The notes: generated from the letters alone by a model not told the origin. A stretch of DNA of 58,652 bases, filler included, from Sphacelaria rigidula (GCA_964200075.2; 10 parts of 10 records of this genome joined end to end with filler, not necessarily neighbours in it); one strand, 5' to 3'. Counted from the first letter of the whole stretch, positions 25,420 to 37,268 are shown. Program-made: numbers and translations.

Positions 25420-26845
25420 CGAAATTACGAATTCCAAGCCGAATTTTCACCCAATCTCCACATGCTTCAAATCGTAGTATCCACCATCAGCTCGGGAGTT
25501 CAACGGGGAAGACAGATTTGGAAACAGTTCCAACGAGGTGGAATTACACCCGAAACCGTGATGTTTCGATGATGTGGGGTTTTGGCGTCGTCAAATTTCC
25601 TTTGGTGATACGCACGAAAGGCCCAGGGAGTCTCGTGACGGTTTCCCATACATTTGTTGTGAAGAAGCTTAGATCGCCCTCAAATTTGGCACTTCCGTAG
25701 GTATTGATGCTTCAGGAAAATGTGTTGTTGACACTATTCCGAAGTTTCTCCGTTCTGTACCGGCTTCCGGGGGTCCCAGTATGAAGACCCCCAGAAGGCG
25801 GTACATAATATATGAAAAGAAAAGCAATAAAATGATGCGTCCCGGGATAGTCCAAGGAGCACATGTACAAAGTTTGGTTTGGTCGAGAAAATCGAAAACC
25901 TCATGCAGTTTTTTTTTGCCTTGATGTAAAATTCACCCCAAAAAATTGTTTTTATACTAGAAAGAAGTAAAGTGTTTGCACGTACGTTTCAAGCTCAGGT
26001 CCTCGCATGAATGCGCAGAATTTCACGCCGTTATTTGGAATTAGACCCTGAAATTTGCACAAATGTGCAATGTGTCACTACGCAACTTTTGACGAACGAC
26101 GTTTGTTTACTTCCTGAAACTTTTAGCGTTGTTCGAGGGTCCGCCGGGATGCAATTCGTTTTCGAAGTAATCTCCAGTCTGGGACCCCGGAAAACCGGCA
26201 CTGCTATCTGTTTGTCATTTTTTTCGCAAACGAGTTGTCGTCGCATAACCCAAGAAAGGGCCCCACAACTTTTCGCGGCCAAACTCGACTAGCTGATGCT
26301 TGCATTTTCTTGTTCAGATCAGAGGAGGCTCGAACGCCATTTTCATACTGAAATCAAGTAGTTTTCAGTTTCACTGTTGCACGAAAGAGTTCATCGCACA
26401 ACGCGCACTTTCACGCCGTTGTTGGGAGTTAGATCCTGAAAGTTCGCACAAATGTGCTATGAGTTATTACGCAACTTCGAATGGACAAATATTTTTTTTC
26501 ACTCATTTTTTACCGTTTTTCGGGGGTTCGACGGGACCCACGTTTCCCCGATAAACCTGGGACCCCCGAAAAACGGTGAAATAGGCTTAAAGTCAAAATA
26601 TCGACCTTCAGAAGTTGCGTTATGACCCATAGCACGTCTGTGCAAAATTTCAGGGTCTGACTCTTAACGACGGCGTGAAAGTTTACGCGTTTGTGCGATG
26701 AGCCTTTCCCTGCCTTGGTGAAACTGCAAACTACTTGATTTTAGTATGAAAATGGCGTTTAGGGCCTTCTTTGATGTGAGCAAAAAAATTCGAGCATCAG
26801 CTAGTCGAGTTTGGCCACGAAACGTTGTTGGGCCCTTTCTTGGAT
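25420..26845 (+). mobile_element. Family G foldback-like element, copy 2, with ~225-bp inverted arms (about 26255-26480 and 26610-26840)
   Basis: Direct homology to 23503-24770; ccaaactcgactagctgatgct is mirrored by agcatcagctagtcgagtttgg. Confidence 0.75.
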
Positions 26846-27241
26846 AAGCGTGAACCAGCCTGTAGCGCATAACGAAAAAATACAACATGTTGGTGTTTTA
26901 CTTTCTCGATGGGTCAAGAACGTTTTACTACAGTAGATCCCATTTTTTTTCACGAGAACGAGCTGAACTCACCAACACAAAAAAAGGCCTTGGCTTGCTT
27001 TGTTTGCGGTAGGCCCCTGCGATTCGCATCGCTCGAATTTAAGTCAAAATTACAAAAAATTACCGGCGATACTGAGGTCGCGGCCAAAAAAAGTTGCATT
27101 TTTCACTTGTACACCCCAAGACACGTATCACGAACGTTTCATGATAAAATATCAAGGACCTGAACAATCCTTTCGGTTACTATGTCCTAGCGAATCTCTT
27201 TACATTATTCCAAATCACAATGTTGAAATCGGAGGTAAATG

Positions 27242-27850
27242 TTAACCCTTTTGGAACTCACAATGGAAAATTGATCCTTTGCAAATGACGGTTTTTGAGC
27301 GAGATATGGCTGATGGTTCATAGCTTGGACGCAACAATTTTGGCCAAACGCGTATTTTTCAGACCCGTACGAGTGACAAATGGAACCAGAGAACGTTTAC
27401 TATTTTCTTGCTGCGATCCGTCGGCTTTTCTATCTACACTCATGAGGTCCTTCATCGGCCACAGTGCGCGGCAGGCCTCTGTGGAGCATGCTTCCCGCCT
27501 GACCTGCACGCCCTGCCCGCTGCAGTTTATACTCTTTGCAGTGTCATAGCAACAAGGGCAACGCCGATGGCACATTCGCTAAATGTATGAACTGGTGGTA
27601 TGCAATCCCAGGCAGTCACCTTTCCGTTCCGCCGGGGGTGCTGCGACACTGCCCTGTACAGTACTGGGTGTGTTTACAGCAGTTTGAGGTAATCTCGACT
27701 GCAGACTCACGTCATGCACAACATCGCGCTCATGCACGTTCCGACAGCACCATCCCGCCCTTTGAAAAATGGGTAAAGGCGACGCAGACGCCATGTGCCC
27801 TGCAGTTATGCACCGTCACTGTGGTGTAGAGTCTACCAAGTGCCGTCGCC
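27242..27850 (-). mobile_element. Possible decayed piggyBac-like terminus with Cys-rich ORF remnant
   Basis: TTAA-CCCTTTT terminus at 27242; a stop-containing minus frame reads ARCCA*RE...KHTQYCTGQC...YHQ, loosely like a transposase Cys-rich tail. Confidence 0.3.
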
Positions 27851-28134
27851 CCAGGGGTGATACCTTACTGCTTCGTGTCATGTCTGTGTTGTATTTTGAA
27901 AATATCTCTGTAAAACGCGGGGCATGCACAGAACTGCGCTCTGCCAAGTACGTCCCGACAACATCGTACTTCGGGCTGACTATTACACAACGGCGTAGCG
28001 AAAGGCACAGTTGCCCCACTACATCTATACCGCGGGTTGATCGTTTCCGACCGTTGCATAGACATACTTCATGCTGCACGAGATTCATGACGCCGGCTAC
28101 CGCTATCGTCTCGTGCCGTCTACTCTCGTGGCCG

Positions 28135-28391
28135 ACTTTTCACGACATGCCCATATTTATCTTGCACGGAGTGTAGCCGCAAGTCAATATTGTAACCTAC
28201 TGTGTTTACTGACTGTAGTCTTTTTCATCAGGTCGCATGAAGCACCTCATATTGGCGACATCGACTAAAACGAACCCAGACGTGGGAATTCCCAGCTGCT
28301 CGTTGTGCTCGGCTTTTCCCATTTCGATTTATGCGAAGATTTTGCCTTCCAAAACCATGCACTTTTGGGGGGGGGAGCTATCGTAGAAAGT
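28135..28391 (+). mobile_element. MITE family B, copy without a family A insertion
   Basis: Shares cgaaccca..cgtgggaattcccagctgctcgttgtgctcg...cacttttggggggggg(a)gctatcgtagaaa with 32904-33189. Confidence 0.7.
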
Positions 28392-29018
28392 CTCAAACAT
28401 CCACAATCAACGCACAAGGAACCGCAGCGGTGACCTTGCCGCCCTCACGAACCCCTGCTGTCCAAGCGGGAGCTCATGGCGTCGAGAGTTGGGGAAGGGA
28501 GGGGGACTTCGGCCAGCTTTGTTTGCGTTTTGAATCCGCGGGCATCAAAATGCTCAATACTTTACAGTCCCGCCCCGCAATCCTTGTGATCTCCAAACCC
28601 GGAGGCAACTGCATCACTTGAATTAAAGGAGCGCAGCCGTGCCACACAAAAAGTTGGATGCTGTGCCAAATTTCGGAATTTTTTCGCCGAAATTGCACCA
28701 GGATCTCCTTCACACAACGACGCACAACTACACTAAGGATGCCCTCGTATTTATTGTTTTCACGGAGTGATAGCATTTTCCTAGTTTTCGCAGAAACTTC
28801 GAATCGCTCCAACTTTCCGTTTTTCTCTTCTTGTCTTGGCATCCCCGGGAAGGTAGTGCGAAGTGATGATAAAAATGCTGTGTCAATATTTTAGCGCCCC
28901 ACGCTTCGGATTACCCACCGCCCGGCCCGGATACATTCGAGAATTGCCAATTCGGGGTATTCAAGAGAGGGTCTTGTGCAAAGGTAACCCCGAAATCGCA
29001 TCTACGCTATCGAATCAA

Positions 29019-29042
29019 TGTTGTTGTTGTTGTTGTTGTTGT
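29019..29042 (+). repeat. (TGT)8 microsatellite
   Basis: Perfect trinucleotide run. Confidence 0.9.
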
Positions 29043-29277
29043 CTTCACATTAAAAAAACTGTTCCAATATCTGCGCGGTACACTCGTACTGGGCATCTGA
29101 TGCGGATGCCTTCCGTGGTCACAGGCTAGCAAAAAAACAAGAAAAACAAATTAGACCCGGATTAAAACTCACAAAACACGATACAAGCTAAACAGGAATA
29201 TATAATAAAGAAGAAAGGGAGTACATATGGCTAACCTCAGAAGATCCGGTGCCGCAGGTGGCCATTCGGACTTCAGA

Positions 29278-29377
29278 NNNNNNNNNNNNNNNNNNNNNNN
29301 NNNNNNNNNNNNNNNNNNNNNTTAATTAATTAANNNNNNNNNNNNNNNNNNNNNNNNNNNNNNNNNNNNNNNNNNNN
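29278..29377. other. Artificial contig spacer
   Basis: Same 100-bp spacer. Confidence 0.97.
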
Positions 29378-29501
29378 AGTACCCCCCTCCCCCCCCTCCC
29401 GGAGGCGTTTCTATTAGGGAGCAGGAACGGTGCTCCGTCTCGAAAGGGATGCGTGGTCAATGGTCAAACGACTAAGGCAAGCCACAAATGAGTACGCCCC
29501 C
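29378..29501 (+). mobile_element. Family A copy (29401-29501) directly after the agtac-C-tract end of another element
   Basis: ggagcaggaacggtgctccgtctcgaaagggatgcgtggtcaatggtcaaacgactaaggcaagccacaaatgagtacgccccc. Confidence 0.85.
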
Positions 29502-30133
29502 ATGATCCGTGTTTAACCTATGCCCGCCCCATCCAACATTTTGTTTTCATGTAATTGCCAGTGCTCGAAGAGAAGAGGTCCAAAATTTGTCAGTTATGGG
29601 GTTTAAATGTTAACTGGATAAAAAAAGGTCAAAAATGGGGGTATATTTGAACAAAATTCTAAGGATGAAAACATTCCCCCCCCCCCTCATTTTTTTTCTC
29701 TTCATCAGCTTCGTCTGCGCTTTACATCTCCAACGAACCCGACCACAGGATGATCGTCAAAGTTGAAACACCCAAACGGTCAAACGCCCGTAAGTGCTCA
29801 GACTTACGAGACATGGAAGGTATTGCCACAATAAAAACCTGTTCGAGATCGGACCCTTGAACACGACTGGTCCACTATCTCTATTGGATTGTGCCAAACG
29901 TCACAAAATTACACTCCTGTTTTGAGACCATGGTTGACATATCATGCTAAAGTAGAACAATGGCACTTCTGCCCGGCCCCCTGAAAAAAACTGATCATTT
30001 CAATGTCATGGTACCCCAACAATTATCCATCTATTTATAATAATTAAAAATATTGCCATAAGATGGGGGGAGGGGGGGAGGGACTTCTGGGCAATTCTAC
30101 GGTATTTCAGGTCATGCTTTCGAGATTTTCAGG

Positions 30134-30238
30134 TTAGCCCTTTGACCGCAGAGTAGGTCATCTGTCGAATCGGCATCAACTTATCTCGCAAAACGTGTGC
30201 ATGATCCGGATGGACCACGTCCGCGGTCCAAGGGTTAA
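30134..30238. mobile_element. piggyBac-type mini-MITE family H
   Basis: ttag-ccctttgaccgc...gcggtccaaggg-ttaa: CCC/GGG termini in a TTAA-like site. Confidence 0.75.
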
Positions 30239-30337
30239 GAGCCCAAAAATTGATCGATTACGTATAATAGAGTATCAACAGCAGTGGTAAAGTCAAATTT
30301 AGGGAGGGGATGCATTATAGCGCAGGAGGCGAGAAAC

Positions 30338-30495
30338 TAGTCGTCCCTGGGGGATGCTTTTACCGTGAAGTTAGAAGTGGTATCGACCATTTCAATCCAC
30401 ACCTCACAAATGGCAATAGTCGTCCCTGGGGGATGCTTTTACCGTGAAGTTAGAAGTGGTATCGACCATTTCAACCCACACCTCACAAATGGCAA
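30338..30495 (+). repeat. Recent tandem duplication, 2 x 79 bp
   Basis: Units start at 30338 and 30417 and differ at one position. Confidence 0.92.
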
Positions 30496-31413
30496 TAAGT
30501 TTGTTTGGAGCACTTGGAATTATTTTTGGGATATATGAGATATGGGGAAAATGAAAAATATAATATTTTCTCGCATATTTCCAACAAATCCATGATCACA
30601 CGGGTGGCATCCACGTTATCCCTTTATCGTACTGCTTTACAGCCCATGCTCTGCCCCCCCCCCGCCCCCCCCCCTTCGCCCCTTCTCCCCGGGGGAAAAT
30701 TCAGAGTATCCCCTCCCCAAACAAGCTCAGCGGAAAGGGGGTGTCATCCGATGTGTTCGCCATTAGCGGCCGAACAAGAAGAAATCTGAACACGTGACTG
30801 GTACCAATATAAATACTCCAATCTACCCTGCAAGAGCTGATCATGTGTTTTATTTTTCTTGACGGGACAACGGACGCCCCTAAGAAGGTATTCGTTTCAT
30901 CCTCTCCCGACGTACGTGTTGGCCTTACAATCTACCGTCAGGGCCTGATGCCGTATGTACTCTGCCGTATACATAGATGCGTCTTACTTGTCATCACTGG
31001 TCACGTGTTCACGGGTGATCATGTTCGGGCAGCACATGAAATCGCCGCCGCACCCCCATGGGATTGATGATTTGATTTGATTGTTGCGCTTTAACTGATC
31101 ACCCATGGGTCTAGCCGTGGTCGCATGATAGACGTACCCGGGAAAAGCAAAACTGAAACACTCGCTCGGGAAAAAAAAAAAGGGCAGAAAAAAGTTCAAA
31201 AGAACGACATGGTAGACTGTGACGTGAAAAAAAAAAAAAAGCTAAGCCGGGATAACGAGGGTTCGATTCCTACTAGGTACGGTTGGGATTTTTTGCTGAG
31301 GACGTGTATCTGGTATTCTGTGGATCAAAACGTGACGGACGTGTGTAATAAAGGAGTGTCATTTCTTGCACTCTGAAACCACGAGGTCAAGAGATCGAAC
31401 GAACGATATGGAA

Positions 31414-31745
31414 GTACTACGGTGGCTCAGTTGGCAATCTCGGATCCTCCTGACGGTTGGGTTGTGGGTTTAATTCTCGGAGCGATCTGGGATTTTTTTC
31501 TCACACCATGCCCAACAGTGGAGAGCGGGTCCACAAAATTCGACTCAACGGTCGACGGGGGAAAGGGACTGCTAAAGCCCTCTCGCGATAAAAAATAAAG
31601 GTAGGCACCGCAGAAGGAAGCTGGGGAACTTAGTACAAATAAAAAAAGAAAAAGCTCCAGTGTTGACCTTCCTCCTGTGTGACCCTGGCTGATGCGTCCC
31701 CATATACCGTAAGGTGTAGACCGGCATCCAGAAAAGGTGGGGCGA
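31414..31745 (+). mobile_element. 5' part (tRNA-like head) of long SINE-like family E
   Basis: A-box TGGCTCAGTTGG (31423), degenerate B-box GGTTTAATTC (31467), then homology to 19715-19925. Confidence 0.7.
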
Positions 31746-31917
31746 CAACAAACAACGATTATGACTACTAACTACCACCACTGCTACTACCTTTTACGAC
31801 CACGACTACTGCCACCACCAGTAATAACGACCACCACTAGTATAACGATTACGACTACAATAAACAGCAACAACAATCCTGATACCATTAGTAGTAATAC
31901 CAATAATCATTCGATGA

Positions 31918-32050
31918 GAGTCGCCGCGGTGCGGGAGTGTTGGTCATGGTCCAATCCGCGAGACCAACATACAAGCCGTGTACCGGAGGGGTCGATCCCT
32001 CGAGACCATCAAGGACTCGCCCCCAGGAAGGGAAGGAGTTCAAAATGTAA
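31918..32050 (+). mobile_element. 3' half of SINE family F
   Basis: cgcggtgcgggagtg...tccaatccgcgagaccaa...aggaaggg...gttcaaa matches 24946-25249. Confidence 0.7.
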
Positions 32051-32313
32051 CACACATATATATACACAACGCACGGTGTCGTACAACTGTCTGTTCGACC
32101 CACTTTATCCGTGCAACGCAGAATCGACAAGAGCCATGGACACAAAGGTTGGGAGTGACTACGTGCACAAATGGCGGAGCTGCCAAGGAAAAAATCTTGA
32201 CAATCTGCACACATACACACTGAAGTACCACGGGCCAAAAAAAAACACCAGCCCATTGAGTGATCCTGAGAGGAGTATATGGTAAATTGAATGCCACACC
32301 AAAAAACTCATAC

Positions 32314-32521
32314 CTGCAGCTTGAGCTTCTCCGCCTGCAAGCGAAGTTTCTCTGACTGATCTGCAGTCGAGGCGGTGTCGTCATCCTCCAACATATCACC
32401 ATCGTCCGTCGCCAAGCTCCCTACCCCTCCCGACGCTGCCGAGCCCCCCTTTGGAGGATCTGCTGCGGCTGCGGCTGCTCCTCCTCCAGCAGACGACGGC
32501 GACTCTCCCTCGGGTGCCATC
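32314..32521 (-). CDS. Internal coding exon of an unknown protein (A/G/D-rich, ending in coiled-coil-like SEKLRLQAEKLKLQ)
   Basis: CAG acceptor at 32522-32524; strong donor CAG|GTATGAG at 32313; GC-rich open frame. Confidence 0.7.
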
Positions 32522-32903
32522 CTGTGCCGTTTCGATCAAAACCGTTTTTGTGACACACACAAGAATAATGCAATGCTACGGAGGCCAGAATCTTCGACAC
32601 GTTCGACAAGAATATATGGTGCATAGTTGCAATTGACAAAAAAAGTGTACTGCTCGAAGTATAGGCCTATTACAACTTTTGATCATATACTGTTGAAAGT
32701 CTGGAATCTTGACGTGTATAGACCCCGGTGATACGATTAGTACAGATAAAATGAAAGAAGTCGGAAGATCACGGTCAATGCTTCCGGCAAGTGCTTTTGT
32801 GTTGTTTTGAGTTGGTCTTGCTTCATGGAAAAAAATATTATCTGATGACTTTTGTGTTCTTTGGACTCGAGGGGCGTGAGTAGGAAAATAAACTTTATTG
32901 TGA

Positions 32904-33189
32904 ACACTTTCTACGATATCACCCCCCAAACCAGCCCAAAACCGTCACGAAGAAAATGGACATGTAGCGCCTCATATGGGCGACATTGGCGAAACGAACC
33001 CAAGCGTGGGAACTCCCAGCTGCTCGTTGTGCTCGACTTTTGTCAATTCGATTCACGTGTAGATTTTGTCTCCCCAAACCAGCCACTTTTGGGGGGGCGT
33101 GCTCATTTGTTGCTTGCCTTAGGCGGTTTACCTTTGACCACGCATCCCTTTCGCCACTATAGGGGGGGGGGGGCTATCGTAGAAAATGT
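32904..33189 (+). mobile_element. MITE family B with a nested family A insertion
   Basis: TIRs acactttctacgata...tatcgtagaaaatgt with adjacent C/G tracts. Confidence 0.8.
33098..33152 (-). mobile_element. Family A copy nested in the G tract of MITE B
   Basis: Flanked by gccacttttggggggg and gccactataggggggg; the same site is empty in the copy at 28135-28391. Confidence 0.8.
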
Positions 33190-33199
33190 CTATGCACGA

Positions 33200-33582
33200 T
33201 AGTCGACGTAGTGCGGGAGTGTTGGTCATGATCCAATCTGCGAGACCAAAGTAGAAGGCGTGTAGCAGGGGAGAGATGGGTTGATAGAACACACCGTCTA
33301 TTTCGCATTGGCTTTCGTGGAAAAGAGCCGGGCTGTGTTTGCCTGCTGGCTGTCTTGGATATCCACGCGATCTCTTTTTCAGTTGCTGATATCACACTGG
33401 CGATGCTCCGCATACATCATGAAAAGTTGTACCTTAATTTTATTGTGGTTGCTCCCACTTCAGGTGCGCCGTGACTAACATTCCATGTGTGCACGCACTG
33501 GAGCGTGGCATGATCCCTCTGAGACCACGGATATCTTCCGAGGAAGGGAAGGGGTTACAAGTGTGTCGGAAAATAACAAAAA
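33200..33582 (+). mobile_element. 3' part of SINE family F, split into two pieces (about 33200-33285 and 33510-33582)
   Basis: gtgcgggagtgttggtcatgatccaatc...gagagatgggttgat and gagaccacgg...cgaggaaggg...aagtgtg plus A-rich tail; another diverged piece at ~33858-33980. Confidence 0.6.
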
Positions 33583-33665
33583 ACTCGGGGAGCAAAAAGT
33601 CACCCTCAGTCACCAGCTTTCATTGCAAGCGAACTAATTTCCCCTCTCTCTCCAGTATATGATAT

Positions 33666-33748
33666 CTCCGTCTCGTGAGAGATGCGTGGCCGATGGTAAA
33701 ATGATCCAGGCAAGTAACACATCAGTAAGCCCCCCTCCCCCCCCCCCC
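33666..33748 (+). mobile_element. Diverged family A copy
   Basis: ctccgtctcg...gatgcgtggccgatggtaaaatga...aggcaagtaacacatcagtaag followed by a C tract. Confidence 0.7.
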
Positions 33749-34984
33749 TAACAACAACAGCAGATAAATTTTTACCCTGGATTATTTCTCAGCAGCACCT
33801 AATTTTCGTCGCTGGAAAAGCGAGGAGTTTGAGGAGCAAAAACAGATTTGACGAAAATCGACGCGGTGCGGGAGTAGTGCTGGCCCCACTCATGATACCA
33901 AAATCTCAGGCATCCACCTAGGGAGAGATGGATTTATCCCTGGATCCTGTTACAATGCGAACTCATCTCGAGGCAGGGGGGACGGGGGGGGTACTCGGCG
34001 GTGGGTCCATAGGGACGGGTTTATTTTCATAGTACGGACACTGATTTGAAGTACTTTAATATAAGACACAGTCGGACAGTAAGTGTAACTTATCCTACCC
34101 GGACGGTGTGTGAGTGTAGCTTCTCACTCGGTGAAAGGGTACGGAGTGTGCGGAGCCGCGACGTAGACTTGATAAGGACGGACTTTGCAAGCCGGTTTGG
34201 GTTGAGACACAGAGTGATGGAGTAGGGGATGCGCCCACGAGGAAGCATCCCGACACGGGAGAATGACGATCGCAGACTGGGGATTGGATGATGGCAGTCC
34301 CAGGGTGACAGACCCGGGGAGACGGTCCGGGTTGACTAGCCCGGGGTTATTAGTAAGCGGGTCGGGTCACACAGAGGTCATAATAACATCAATATAATTT
34401 TCTGACCAGTCCCTCTACGTTACATAATACGCATCATAGTACAAACTTGGTTTTAGTATAGGTTCCGTCACACATGGTTTTGCCGGTCTTCTGGTGCCCG
34501 CAGCCGCACTACAGGACCGTCCGGAGGCAGGATGATTTTCAAGACGACGGCAGTCTCACAAGCGGTGCTTTGTGTCTTGGTTTACGGGGTCGTGTACCCA
34601 ACGTTCGCTATGAGTGTCGCCGTGCCCGCGGTATGGTTGCGGTGGCCAGAGTTGGTGGTGGAGAGTCTCCATTTGCGCTCAAGTTGCTGCTGCATCTGCA
34701 CGGCCTTGGATACGGGGCACGATTTAAGATGACTTCGTCGTCGTCGTCGTGTGGTGTTTTCATGTTGCTCGGACGGAGCATAACCCGATAAGAAAACAGC
34801 ACACACATCAATGCTTCTGGCTCTCTCTTGTAGGCTGTCGTGCTGTTGTTCTGGATGACTCGCGTTGATCGATGCCGTACAGACATGCACGACAAGCACG
34901 GTGCCAACTGGCTGCCCAGCGCTGGCGAATCTTCTTGAGACATGGATGCAGTCGGTATCGCGACAGAAAGTTGTTGCGGTACTA

Positions 34985-35152
34985 TGCTGCGACCCGGTGA
35001 TGTAATGCTCCGACTGTCGCCATTAGGGTGGAGAGAACCAGGGTTCGATTCCCGATACGTTGGTTTTTTTTTTTTGTGATGTATGACTTCCACCGTGGAA
35101 AACGTGATAATGTGAATAAAAAAAGGAGTCTACTGGGTTTGTGTGACGTGAG
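34985..35152 (+). mobile_element. 5' half of SINE family F (cut by the contig end)
   Basis: ccggtgatgtaatg...gtcgccattagggtggaga...gggttcgattccc...ctgggtttgtgtgacgtgag matches the reverse complement of 25085-25245. Confidence 0.85.
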
Positions 35153-35252
35153 NNNNNNNNNNNNNNNNNNNNNNNNNNNNNNNNNNNNNNNNNNNNTTAA
35201 TTAATTAANNNNNNNNNNNNNNNNNNNNNNNNNNNNNNNNNNNNNNNNNNNN
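35153..35252. other. Artificial contig spacer
   Basis: Same 100-bp spacer. Confidence 0.97.
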
Positions 35253-35423
35253 GCGGCTCACCCTTCATGCGACTCGCCGAACACACCACGGCGCTTCGCG
35301 CTCGGTGGTTTGAGTGCGAGCCTGGTCCGGCGAAAATCCGGCGTGCCCCGTCCCGGCTTTGCAGGGATGCGAGGTCAATGGTCTCATGACTATGGCATTA
35401 ATGCATGGTCCTGAGTACACCCC
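35253..35423 (+). mobile_element. C-tract LINE-like sister family C, 3' end
   Basis: Encodes ...PALQGCEVNGLMT and ends in tgagtacacccc; homologous to 37115-37268. Confidence 0.7.
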
Positions 35424-35855
35424 AATGTACGCGGCGAAAACGTTGACACTGCGATTTCGGGTGGGGGACCTGAATCTGCCAGAAAGAAAATATTCACCAG
35501 TCGTCGAAAGGAGGAAGTAGTCCCTGTGGCAAAGAAATAGAGAGTACAACTCATATAATGGCAGCTGATTGATCGATTGATGATTATCTCACATTATTAG
35601 CTGATTGCAACAACCCAGTCCGTGGTCAGGAGCAGCAAAAAAAAACAGTAAAATCAAAGAAAAGATTCGGGAGCAACGGCTTCAGAAAGGAAAGAAGAAC
35701 GGAAGCAGTGATAACAACAAAACCAACACCACCGCCACCAACAACACTCACAAGCAACAAGAGCAAGAACAAACAAGAGCAATAACAACACAAGATGATT
35801 ATCTCGCATTACGTGGCTGATTGCAACACTCCAGCTCGTGCTCAGAAAAAAAAAG

Positions 35856-36156
35856 TGTGAACTATAGAAGCAAGAACGGAAAACGTGTTAGAGGGGGAAA
35901 TGCGGGACGTGACCGGAGGTGAAATGAAATAATTTTATGCATTAGACAATAATAGCGAAAAAACGATGGCTTCACTAGGAGATAAATATGGTTGCCACTG
36001 ACGGGGTTTTTGTGTAATGTATGTAAAAAAGGTAGTGAGCACCTAGATGTTGGAGGTGTCTCTATTAGGAGCAGGAACGGTGCTCCGTCTCGAAAGGGAT
36101 GCATGGTCAATGGTCGAACGACTAATGCAAGCAAGAAATGAGTACCCGCCCCCCCC
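35856..36156 (+). mobile_element. Longest family A copy (~300 bp), decayed ORF C-terminus
   Basis: With stops and frameshifts it reads CEL*KQER/VLEGEMR...ALDNNSEKTMASLGD...FLCNVCKK...VGGVSIRSRNGAPSRKGCMVNGRTTNASKK*, then GTAC and a C tract. Confidence 0.8.
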
Positions 36157-36262
36157 TTCCCTCCGCCTGTCTGGTATGCATGATCATGAGTACACCCTCC
36201 GGCCTCTCTGGTAGGATGAGACGAAAAATGAAAAATGCCAACTGGTCGTCACGAGAGACGAT

Positions 36263-36366
36263 TCAACCCCTTGACCGCCAGGGCGGTTCATCCGTTGAAA
36301 AAATCAGCACCATTCTCGCTCGAAAAATAACTGGGGCTCACTTGATCATTGGAGCACGAGGTTCAA
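36263..36366. mobile_element. Diverged mini-MITE family H
   Basis: tcaaccccttgaccgccaggg...tcatccgttgaa...tcgaaaaataa resembles 49765-49869. Confidence 0.45.
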
Positions 36367-37114
36367 CTCATCCGCTTGGTTCAGATACTTGCATGCGATT
36401 AGCCAAAGAAAGTGGGGCGACAACTTTTAGTACTGGCAGCATGCACGCGCGCAATAGCGAATTGTCACCATTCCAGTCCAGCTAGACACCAGGACCCTGC
36501 TGCCAATCCGAACGGCATTAATACGGCAGTCGACAACACAGAATGAAAACGAGGTTTTTTTTAGGGTTTCAACTTTCTTGTTGCCACTGTCTGCACGCTA
36601 GGGTTGGTTGTAGTAGTACAAAAAAAACTTCACTGTTGCTGCGCTGCCGCTCGTTCTTCGTCATGAGCCAGTCACTGAGATGCTGGGAAATTATGTTTCG
36701 AAGAGACCAATCACTACTGTAACGTATCAACCGACTGATACGAACGCGCCTCCATGTGACCAAATTACCCACCTCTGTAAGATCTCGCACGCGTGAATGT
36801 ACTTGTACACATTTCAGCACCCCGGGGACCCCGCATACAGCCACCGTACATCTTACCTCTACAGCCAGCGTATTACTCAAACTATGGATTATTCATAGCC
36901 GTCGTGTTGAGGCCCTCTTTTCGAAGAAGAACATGACATACCCCTCGACGACATACCGCGCCTCACCCCTCTCCTCCATCTAAATTAAATGGTGATACAG
37001 CAACGAGGTAGTGCTAACCGGTGGCTGTCTCTGGAAGTGGCGATGATACCAGAACATGATGTAACTTATGCAAGATAATCAGTACGCCTCTCGGGCCGAA
37101 CAATCTTTTCAGGG

Positions 37115-37268
37115 TGCAGATCACCCCTCATGCGACTCGCGAAACACACTACGGCGCTTTGCGCCTGGTCGGGCGAAAGCCCGGCGTTCTTCGTCCCGGC
37201 TTTGCAGGGATGCGAGGTCAGGGGTCCTATGACTACGGTATACAAGATCATGAGTACACCCCTCCTCC
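37115..37268 (+). mobile_element. C-tract LINE-like sister family C, 3' end
   Basis: tcatgcgactcgc...cgtcccggctttgcagggatgcgaggtca...gatcatgagtacacccctcc. Confidence 0.7.
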
